DNA of 64,000 nt, taken from the human T2T-CHM13v2.0 reference genome, Homo sapiens. The stretch lies in the NCBI RefSeq assembly GCF_009914755.1, contig NC_060947.1. One strand, 5' to 3'. Numbering within the stretch: the stretch's first letter is position 1; each line of letters begins with the position of its first letter. Of the stretch, positions 50,178-64,000 are shown piece by piece. The notes beneath the pieces are model-generated. The model had not been told where the DNA came from. It saw only the letters and a program-made list of their open reading frames with translations, and searched no databases. Position numbers and translations under genes: made by a program.

Positions 50178-51492
50178 TGGGATTGTCAGGCTCTTCAGAG
50201 ATACAGAACTAATATAGTTTGAATATTTGTCTCCTCCAAATCTCACTTTGAAATTTGGCCCCTAATGTTGGTGGTAGGGCCTAGTGGGAGGTATTTGGGT
50301 GATGGGAGCAGATCTCTCATGAATGTCTTTGTTCTGTCTCTACAGTAATTAATGAGTTCTTGCTCTGTTTGTTCACATGAGAGCTGGTTGTTTAAAACAG
50401 CCTGGCACCTCTCTCTCTCACCTCCTTTCTCACCCTGTGACATGCCAGCTCCACTTCACCTTCCACCATGAGTGGAAGCTTCCTGAGGCCTCACCAGAAG
50501 CAGATGCTGGCTCCATGCTTGTACAGTCTGCAGAACTGTGAGCCAAATAAACCTCTTTTCTTTATAAACCACACAGCCTCTGGTATGCCTTTAGAGCAAT
50601 GTGTATTAGTTTGTTCTCACATTGCTATAAAGAACTATCTGAAGCTGGGTAATCCATAGAGAAAAAAGGTTTAATTGGCTCATGGTTCCATAGGCTATAC
50701 AAGAGGCATGGCTGGGGAGGCCTCAGGAAACTTACAATCATGGCAGAAGGTGAAGAAGAAGGAGGCACTTCTTACATGGTTGGAGTAGAAGAAACAGAGT
50801 GAAGCAGGAGGTGGTACACACTTTTAAACAACTAGATGTCTTGTGAACTCACTCACTATCACACAAACAGCAAGGGGGGAATCCACCCCTTGATCCAGTC
50901 ACCTCCCACCATGCCCTCTCTCCATTATTGGAGATTACAATGGGATGTGAGATTTGGGTGGGGACACAAATCCAAATCACATCACATTGCAAAACAGACT
51001 AAGACAAGAACCAGACAAATAAACATATAAAACAGGATTCACTCTGGGAATTGGCCCACATGATTATGGAGGCTGAGAAATTTCATGATCTGCCATCTGG
51101 AAGCTGGAGAACCAGGGAAACGGGTGGCACAAAACAGTCAGAATCCAAAGGCCTAAGGGTGGGTGTGGAAGGTGCGGGGAACTGAGGGGCTCTGCTCGTG
51201 TAAGTCCTGGAGTCCAAAGACACAAGAACCAAGAGCTCTGCTCTCTGAGGAGATGGATGTCCCAGCTCAAAAACAGAGAGGAAGTTTTCCCTTCCTCTAC
51301 CTTTTTCCTCTACTTGGGCCCTCCATGGATTGAGTGATGCCCACTCCTAGTGGTGAGAGTCTTCTTTACTCAGTCTGCTTGTTCAAATGCAAATCTCTTC
51401 TGCAAACACACTCACAGACACACCTAAGGGTTTTACCAGCTACCTGGGCGTCCCATAGCCCAGGCAAGTTGACATGTACAGTTAACCATCAC
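50178..51492. mobile_element. Triple-nested LTRs: MLT2B-type (-) containing MSTB-type (+, 50210-51006), which contains MSTA-type (-, 50602-50984)
   Basis: MSTB is flanked by TSD AGAAC (50205-50209 and 51007-51011). MSTA is flanked by CAATG/CATTG. MLT2 text resumes at gaattggcccacatgattatggaggctgag and ends gttaaccatca. Confidence 0.8.
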
Positions 51493-51703
51493 TTCCACCT
51501 ACACATCGGCTGAGTTCCTCCATCTGCCAGGACTCCCTGGCCAATGTGGAATAACACTCTCTTGGCTTCCTTCTGAGGCTTGCTGGGGAATCAAATGAGA
51601 ATTTGCAAGCCTGAAAGTTTGTATTAAAGAGTGTGATGCCAGTTTTTGATATTTGGTTGCTGACAACTTCCAAGTGCACCCTCTCAATTCCCGTGGAATG
51701 GAG

Positions 51704-51901
51704 ATATCTTTATTTGTCTGGTTCTTGTCTTAGTCCATTTTGCATTGTGATGTGATTTGGATTAGTGTCCCCACCCAAATCTCACATCCAATTGTAATCT
51801 CCAATAATGGAGAAAGGGCATGGTGGGAGGTGACTGGATCAAGGGGTGGATTCCCCCCTTGCTGTTTGTGTGATAATGAGTGAGTTCACAAGACATCTAG
51901 T
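51704..51901. repeat. Inverted copy of 50831-51028
   Basis: Manual reverse-complement alignment: 198 bp, ~8 mismatches, no gaps seen. Confidence 0.92.
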
Positions 51902-52002
51902 CTGTTCTCCCCACAAATGATGACAAAGCACATCTTGGCAAACTGCTGATAAAGCCCAGGTGCTTGCTCCTTTGGTGCCAGTGGGAGCTTGAAATCAGGT
52001 AA

Positions 52003-53283
<1,281 letters not shown>

Positions 53284-53754
53284 ACAAGGCCATAATTCAA
53301 TTGTGAAGTTCCCAGTTGCCGATGATCCTGGCCTGCCTTCCTCAGTTAGAACCTTCTAGGCATGCACACAGGTGGGGTGGTCTGTGTTTTTCTTTTCCTT
53401 TTTCCATTTACATGGGATTTTAGACACACTGTGTAGTTGGAAGACTGGAAGATTTCTATTTGTAAATGAAATTCGACCTGAATGAGAAAGAGTCGTAACT
53501 CTACAGGGATCATCCATCAATGCCTAAGTTCCTTCCATCCCCAGTTTGAACACATCTGTTATGCATGAGACTCCTTAAGCTGCACAAAAAGCACACACTC
53601 ATTTCATGCGATGGACAGCCGGAAGCAGTGCATCCTGCAGGCTAGGATGTGTTGCTTTGTTGAAAGCTTTGCCGGACAGCCTGTAATTTGGAGGGAGAAC
53701 GGCCTGAAGCATTCAGATTCAGCAAAAGGCTCTTCTTTTGAAACCAGATCATAC

Positions 53755-54350
53755 TGTTATCACCAGAAAGAGGTCCCGATCCAGACCCTCAAGAGAGTAT
53801 TCTTGGATCTTGCCCAAGAAAGAATTTAGGGCGAGTCCATAAAGTGAAAGCCAAGTTTATTAGGAAAATAAAGGAATCAAGAATGGCTACTCCATAGCCA
53901 GAGTAGCCCCAGGACTGCTGGTTGCCCATTTTTATGGTTATTTCTTGGATATGCTTAACAAGGGGTGGATTATGGTTATTTGTATGGATATGCTAAACAA
54001 GGGGTGGATTATTCATGCCTCCCCTTTTAGACCATATAGGGTAACTTCCTGACGTTGCCATGGCATTTGTAAACTGTCATGGAGCTGGTAGGAGTGTAGC
54101 AGTGAGGACCACCAGAGGTCACTCTTGTGGCCATCTTGGTTTTGGTGTGTTTTCGCCGGCTTCTTTACCTGTTTATCTTTTACCTGTTTTACCAGCAAGG
54201 TCTTTATGACCTGTCTCTTGTACCGACCTCCTATCTCATCCTGTGACTTAGAATGCCTTAACCATCTGGGAATGCAGCCCATAAGTGTCAGCTTCATTTT
54301 GCCCAGCCCCTATTCAAGATGGAGTTGCTCTGGTTCAAACACCTCTGACC
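53755..54350 (-). mobile_element. MER41A solo LTR
   Basis: Reverse complement (G)GTCAGAGGTGTTTGAACCAGAGCAACTCCATCTTGAATAGGGGCTGGG... matches MER41. TSD ATAC at 53751-53754 and 54351-54354. Lacks the tandem-GAS segment of MER41B. Confidence 0.88.
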
Positions 54351-54512
54351 ATACTTTAACCTGATTCTGCAAAAAGCCCTCTCATCAGATGCCTCTGCAG
54401 CATGGAGGGTCGCAGATTGAATATACTCTTTTCTAGGTCTTGAGTGGATTTGTTGCAGAGCCAGTGAGCAAATGCAGTTATCACCACCTTGGTTTGCCTG
54501 TGACTGTCATCA

Positions 54513-55133
54513 TGATGAAACAGCTACATTGTCTGGGGTACATACCCTGGGGTTCATTGTCTCGCACCGAGAAAGAATTCAGGACACAGACACGTGTGGG
54601 TGGATTAAGGAGTGGAAAGTTTAAGAGACAAAGAAAGGAAAGAAGAGAGCAGCTCCTTGCCAGAGAGAGAGAGAGAGAGAGACATCTGAAAAGTAGGGAG
54701 GTGGCAGTCAGCAGCAGATTTTATAGGCAGGCTGGAGAAGGTGGTGTTTGATTTATGTAGGGCTCACAGATTGGTTCCATCAGGTACGTTTACATAGCGC
54801 CTGTGGGGAAGGCTGATTGCCCCACCTTAATCTTATTATGCAAATGGGCTTTCCACTTGATAGGCGCCATCTTGTCTGCTCCTTACTGTACAAGTGGCCG
54901 ACAAAGAGGAGGAAGATGGAGCCACCCTGTTGAACGTCTCTAGTCCCTAGTTCCTGCCGGCATTCACCCGTGCAAGCTCCCAGCTGGCTTGTCTATGTCT
55001 GCAGCTTGACTTGACAGGCTGCTCTTTGTTAGAAAATGACTTGGGGCTGCTTTTCATTAAAGAGAAAAGCCTTACCAAGGACTCCCATACCCTTACTGTC
55101 TGCCTAAGTGATTTCTTCTTAACTCCTGTATCA
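54513..55133 (-). mobile_element. ERV1 solo LTR (MER4-group; subfamily uncertain)
   Basis: Reverse complement begins TGATACAGGAGTTAAGAAGAAATCACTTAGGCAGA and has an LTR-type 3' end ...ccccagacaatgtagctgtttca. Confidence 0.65.
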
Positions 55134-55752
55134 CTGGCAGACTCTGAGTTGCCTGTTGGGTGGAGTACTATATTGCCGAGTATCATGACTGTATTAGATG
55201 TGAGGGAGACAGTGTGAATAGGACATGGTCCCTGAAGAGCACAGAGCTCTCACGTGGGGCTGGGCGGAGCTTCTGTCCTATCCAGTGTTACGGAACCCTT
55301 GCAAGCACAGGTCAGGCAGCTCCAGTGCTGGAAGACATGCACGCAAAATCCAGGGGGACCATTGCAAAGAGGTTTAGTGTTTCTTGGAAAAATGCCAGAA
55401 GTCTGAAGAAGTGGTGGCCCCGAGCAGCTTTGAAGGATGTGCATGCAATTAAACCGAAGCCAAAGGGTCAGAGAGAGGAGTGAGAGCCAGGTAGGAATCT
55501 ATGTGCAGCTTCATCATAAACTCACAGGCAGGCTTCATGCAGCACCGTCTCAGTGCATTCAATGTTTGGATTCCACACGCATGCATCCTCAACCCCCTTG
55601 CAATGCTATTCTCCCTGGAGGGAAATGGGTCATTCTTACTCTATCATATGCAGATATCTGGTCAACCAGATAAATGTGTGAGAAAACACCAACAAAGCAG
55701 AAATTACTTTTAATTATAGAGCAGAGTCATCGTAAAAGTTTGTGCAAAAAAA

Positions 55753-58960
<3,208 letters not shown>

Positions 58961-59402
58961 GTAGAGGAATAAAAGAATGGCTAGTCCACATGCAGAGCAG
59001 CCCTGAAGGCTGCTGGTGGGCCATTGTTATGGTTGTTTCTTGATGATATGCTAAACGAGAGGTGAATTATTCATGCCTCCTGTTTTTAGACCATAGAGGG
59101 TAATTTCCTGATGTTGCCATGGCATTAGTAAACTGTCATGGTGCTTGGTGGGAGTGTAGCAGTGAGGATGACCAGAGGTCACTCTCATCACCATCTTGGT
59201 TTTGGTGGGGTTTGGCCAGCTTCTTTACTCCAACCTGTTTTATCAGCTAGGTCTTTGTGACCTGTAGCTTGTGTTGCCTTCCTATCTCATCCTGTGTCTT
59301 AGAATGCCTAACCTCCCAAGAATACAGCCCAGTAGGTCTCAGCCTTGTTTTACCCAGCCCCTATTCAAGATGGAGTTGCTATGGTTCAAACACCCTCTGA
59401 CA
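58961..59402 (-). mobile_element. Second MER41A LTR; its 3' end is missing where it abuts an Alu tail
   Basis: Homologous to 53865-54350. Ends ...caccctctgaca. Confidence 0.85.
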
Positions 59403-59407
59403 CTGCC

Positions 59408-59762
59408 TGTATTAGTCTGTATTTATGCTGCTGATAAAGACATACTCGAGACTGGGAAGAAAAAGAGGTTTAATTGGACTTACAGTTCCACATGGCTGGG
59501 GAGGCCTCAGAATCATGGCGGGAGGCAAAAGGCACTTCTTACATGGCGGGGGCAAGAGAAAAGTGAGGAAGAAGCAAAAGCCGAAACCTCTGATAAACCC
59601 ATCAGATCTTGTGAGGCGTATTCACTATCACAAGAATAGCATGGGAAAGACCATTCCCCCATGATTCAATTACTGCCCCTGGGTCCCTCCCACAACATGT
59701 GGGAATTCTGGGAGATAGAATTCAAGTTAAGATTTGGGTGGGGACACAGCCAAACCACATCA
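59408..59762 (-). mobile_element. THE1A solo LTR
   Basis: tgtattagtc...gagactgggaagaaaaagaggtttaattggacttacag...caaaccacatca. TSD CTGCC/CTGTC. Confidence 0.85.
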
Positions 59763-59779
59763 CTGTCATTTTGTAAAAG

Positions 59780-60295
59780 ATGTGCATTTTTGTCTTCTCC
59801 GGTTGCCATAACAAATCACCACCAATTTTGTGGCTTTAAAAGAACAGAAATGTAGTGTCTTCTGATTCTGGAGTTCAGAAGCCTGAAATTAGTATTGCTG
59901 GGCTAACACCCAGTTGTTGTCAGAGCTGATTCCTTCTGGAGTCTCCAGAGCAGAACCTACTCCCTTTCCTTTTGAAGCTTGTAGAGGCTGTTTTGCCATG
60001 CCTTGGCTTGTAGCCCCTTCCTCTACCTTAAAGACATCAGCACATTTCCCTCCTCTCAGACCTCTGTTTCTATCCCCACATCTCCTTGTCTGACTCTGAC
60101 CCTCGTGCGTCCTCTTTCCGGTATAAGGGTGCTTGTGATGACATTGAGATACCCTCATTATGATCCAGGATAATCCTCTCATCTTAAAATCCTTAATCAC
60201 TTTTGCAAAGTCACTTTTGCCATATAAGGTCACATATTCACAGATTTCAGGGATTAGGATGTGGGCGTCATTGGGGCCATTATTCTGTCTATCAC
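59780..60295 (-). mobile_element. MLT1B/C-type LTR
   Basis: gttgccataacaaatcaccaccaa...atccaggataatcctctcatcttaaaatccttaatcac...cataTaaggtcacatattcacag. Confidence 0.8.
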
Positions 60296-60738
60296 ATGGA
60301 GATTAGGATGTGGACATCTTTGGGGCCATTATTCTGTCTCCCACATGGGGATTAGGACATGGACATCTTTGGGGGTCATTATTCTGTCTCCCACATGGGG
60401 ATTAGGACATGGACCTCTTTGGGTGTCATTATTCTGTCTACCACATGGGGATTAGAATGTGGACCTCTTTGGGGGACATTATTCTTTCTACCACATGGGG
60501 ATTAGAATGTGGACATCTTTGGGGGACATTATTCTGTCTACCACATGGGGATTAGGACGTGGACATCTTTGGGGCCATCACCTGTCTACTACATGGAGAT
60601 TAGGACATGGACATTTGGGGGGTCATTATTCTGTCTACCACATTAGGATTAGGATGTTGACATCTCTGGAGCCATTATGTTGTCTATCACATGCGGATGA
60701 GGACATGGACATCACTGGGGCCATCACTTTTTCTACCA
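60250..60738. repeat. Minisatellite, ~10 copies of a 49-50 bp unit GGGATTAGGACATGGACATCTTTGGGGCCATTATTCTGTCTACCACAT
   Basis: GATTAG recurs at ~60252, 60301, 60350, 60400, 60450, 60500, 60550, 60598 and 60647, with a degenerate copy at ~60696. Confidence 0.93.
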
Positions 60739-61166
60739 GAAGAGGAAAGAGTATTGGGTTTAGGGTGAGGGGACATAAGTATGTGGTCCCAGAACTACCA
60801 TTGGTTAGCTCATTACACTGGACAATGGACCTTGCCTCTAGGTCCTTGGGTCCTACATCTGTATTGTAGGGGTAATCCATCCTACATCAGATCTATGGTA
60901 TTCAAGTAACGGGAACAGGCTAATACAGTCAGCCACTCAAAATGGCTTCATAACATCCTTAAGCTATGGAACCATGAGCCAGACATATCTGATTTGACAA
61001 AATTAAGATAAGGGTCAGAAAACTTTCTCTTCTGGCTCTCTGAAGCAAAGCCTTTATTTTGATCTGTCTAGCTGTCAATGTCTTTCCATTTTCAAATCAC
61101 AGTTACCAGTCTTTCACCTTTACATGTATTTTAATGGCTTAACATCATTAATATCAGCAGGAAATT

Positions 61167-61463
61167 GATTTTTTTTTTTTTAGATGGAGTTTCGCTCTTG
61201 TCACCCAGGCTGGAGTGCAATGGCGCGATCTTGGCTCACCACAGCCCCCACCTCCAGGGTTCAAGTGACTCTCCTGCCTCAGCCTCCTGAGTAGCTGGGA
61301 TTACAGGCATGCACCACCATACCCGGCTAATTTTTGTATTTTTAGTAGAGATGGGGTTTCTCCATGTTGGCCAGTCTGATCTCGAACTCCCAACCTCAGG
61401 TGATCCGCCCACCTAAGCCTCCCAAAGTGCTGGGATTACAGTCGTCAGCCACTGTGCTCGGCA
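61167..61463 (-). mobile_element. Alu
   Basis: Alu consensus with TSD gcaggaaattg. Confidence 0.95.
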
Positions 61464-62539
61464 GGAAATTGTTTTTACTAAGAGACCGCTGAGCCAGTGT
61501 GGAGAGGGATCAACATGAAAACATGATGGCATTTGAATATTATTTTCCAAAATCAGATTATCCCTTTAAACACACGTTTCTCTAACTCATGGGAGGCCAA
61601 TGTCAGTCATGACATGAAATTATATTTCCCACATTGCATCTTAGACTAGAACTTCTATAAATCTGCAAGCCAAAAAAACAGAACTTCCAAGGCTCCATAG
61701 CAAAGTAACCAAGCCAACCCCATACTCACCTAGAATCGACTCTCTACAGCTGTGTTCATTCATCACACTCATTACTTCCAAATTAGATGTTTTTTTCTCC
61801 AACAGGCTCAATGACTACTTAATTTACATTCCAGCCACAAAATCAAGCCTCTGATCTTACCTACTCCTGTGTCAGGCATAAACGTAATTACGAATACAAA
61901 GTATTGCAGATTAGGTAATGCATTCAGTCTAGGATGGAAGACTCAGGTTGTACTTGGTGAGGGAAAGCGTTTACAACACCTGTCTACTGGATTTAAACAT
62001 GCAGCTGCCATTGGGGTTAGGGTTGGAAATTTCCATATCACTGGTAGCTGAGTTCCTGACTAGTTGGGATAATCAAGGGTAGTTGAGAGCCAAGTACTTA
62101 ATGATTATCTCCACTCTGCAAATGACCAATGTCTTGTGGCATACATTACCCAAACTTCTCATTCTACTTGGAATACTCCTTCTGTAGCAAGTCTAGGTCC
62201 TTCTAGAGCCGTCTTCAGAGTTGAGGTCTGGCAAACTCATTCCATGCCCAAGATCAAAACCAGTAGGCTTACCACTTTACCATTGGCATCCAAGCTTGAC
62301 TTCTTGATCTTCAAGTGACATGCTTTCTGTATCCTCATTTCTGCCTTTATTCTTTCTTCTCCAAAATTCCCAAAGTGGTCTTGGGCAGAGAAGATAATGA
62401 TGGGTTTTGGTTGTCCTTAAAAAGTCTGCATGGATATCTTCACAGGAAAGCAGCATGCTTTTACCTAATTTTGTTTTGTCCTCTCAGGTACATGGTGATT
62501 CCTAGTCTATCATGTGTGTGAATTTCTTGGGGTTCTGCT

Positions 62540-62650
62540 ACAAGGCAGATTCTGTTTCAGTGGATCTGGGTGGGGCTTCACATTCTATGTGTCTAAGTCC
62601 TGGGCAATGTTGATACTGCTCATCCATGGACCATATATTGTGTCTTGAGG
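62540..62650. mobile_element. MER5A-like hAT fragment
   Basis: gcagattctgtttcagtggatctgggtgggg...gatactgctcatccatggaccata. Confidence 0.55.
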
Positions 62651-63039
62651 TTTTACAACACAGGTGTATATAGGTTTATGTATATAGGTGATGCCCTGCA
62701 TAAACTCACTACAGAAAACGACCTGGGCTAGAAATGGTAGCAGAGTGCAACCTAGGGGTCCCTGGGTTGGCTTAAACTCAGTAGGTAGGCATGGAACTTG
62801 GGATGGCCACTTTCTTGACCCTTAGCAGGAATTGCATGGGTCCAGGCAATTTATCACAAGAAAAACAAAGTAAATGCCCCAGATGGATCAACTCAAATGC
62901 ATCAGTACTAGTAGAAACAACTAAAATGATGGCTACCTGGCTGGATTCATGTTCTGTGGTAGCATCTTCCTCTACTGCTGATGTGAGGTTGGTCCCTGAA
63001 GCAGAAATGGCTCTTGTCGCCCAGGGACAAAGGAGTCTT

Positions 63040-63460
63040 GGCTGGGCACGGTGGCTCATGCCTGTAATCCCAACACTATGGGAGGCTGAGACAGGAGGAT
63101 TGCTTGAGCCCAGGAGTTAAAGACCAGCCTGGACAACATGGCAAAACCCTGTCTCAAAAAAAGAAAGAAAGGAAGAGAGAAAGAGAGAAAGAAAGAGAGA
63201 GAGAAAGAAGGAAGGAAGGAAAGGAAGGAGAGAGAGAGAGAAAAAAAAAGAAAGGAAGAAAGAAAAGAAAGAAAGAAAAGAAAAGAAAAAAAGAAGAAAA
63301 GAAAAGAAAACTTTGCTGAGCCCCCAGGCTTGGTGGCTGAGATGAAAGCATCGCTGGAGCCCAGCAGGTTGAGTCCGCAGTGAGCTGCGATTGTGCCACT
63401 ACACTCCAGCCTGGGCTACACAGAGGGACCATTTCCAAAACCAAGAAAGAAACAAAAAAG
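63040..63460 (+). mobile_element. AluJ-type element whose middle A-rich linker has expanded into a ~155 bp (GAAA/GA)n tract
   Basis: Left arm 63040-63155, purine tract 63156-63310, degenerate right arm to ~63460. Confidence 0.85.
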
Positions 63461-64000
63461 GGAGTCTTGCTAAGTTGATGCCTTTAGAACTCGTTGTTCG
63501 TAGAGACAAAGTTGGTGTGTGGGAGCTCCCCATGCACTTCTCTGGAGGATAAGAGAGGGTAGCTCCATTCTTTGTTGAGAAAAGTGCATTTGCCCAGAGG
63601 GCTTGGGGGCTCAGGTTTAAAAAGAAAAGTCTGAAGGTCAGTGCTTGCTGATGATAATAAGTGATGCTGAAATTATCTAGCATCTAGATGCTAAAATGTC
63701 ACCCTTTACCATCTTTTCAACATCCTTCTGTCTCAGTGGTATGAAATGATTAATTTCACCCAGGGTAATTGGCTATTTAAACTTACTGGCACTGGCAAAA
63801 AATGCATTAAGGTGGACATTCTAAAATCAAAGATATTAATATTAAGATCTATTTTATTTCTTTAAAAAATTACATGAGATCTTCCAGGGACCATGTAATG
63901 AGCAATAGTTAGCATATAAAGTACTCCAGACCCATCCAAACATTTGTCAACACTACAGTATAAACATTATTCCTTTATTTTCCAAATTTCTGGTGTAGAG

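Noticed and set aside
53755-54350. MER41 as an interferon-inducible STAT1 enhancer
   Set aside because: Both copies run directly ...GGAGGCATGAATAA... on the minus strand and lack the tandem GAS segment characteristic of MER41B.
60250-60738. CRISPR-like array (also considered for 5868-7550 and 38032-38164)
   Set aside because: The units are contiguous with no unique spacers, there are no cas genes, and the context is Alu-rich primate DNA.

Overview
This is primate (most likely human) genomic DNA, consistent with pseudoautosomal region 1 (PAR1) of X/Y. The only supported protein-coding sequence is the first coding exon of DHRSX on the minus strand (5683->5575, MSPLSAARAALRVYAVGAAVILAQLLRRCRGGFLEP, followed by a GT donor). 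It sits in a CpG island that is known to also drive the nested domesticated-transposase gene ZBED1, whose CDS is not in the window. Bases 1-5574 are intron 1 and everything beyond ~5.75 kb is upstream/intergenic. The rest is dominated by repeats: more than 50 Alu copies or fragments; MaLR/ERVL LTRs (THE1A/B, MST, MLT1, MLT2); ERV1 solo LTRs (MER41A, MER50, MER4A, MER57, LTR15-like); L1 3' fragments; a MER1 hAT element; and several minisatellites. Repeat subfamily names are recalled from consensus sequences, not from a search, and most boundaries are approximate. I found no support for a new multi-gene system. The best leads are a 1.7 kb strand-asymmetric VNTR abutting the DHRSX/ZBED1 promoter, a 1.3 kb (CAT/CAC/CCT)n repeat with long open frames, a ~198 bp ~96%-identical inverted duplication spanning nested LTR junctions, and several local tandem duplications.
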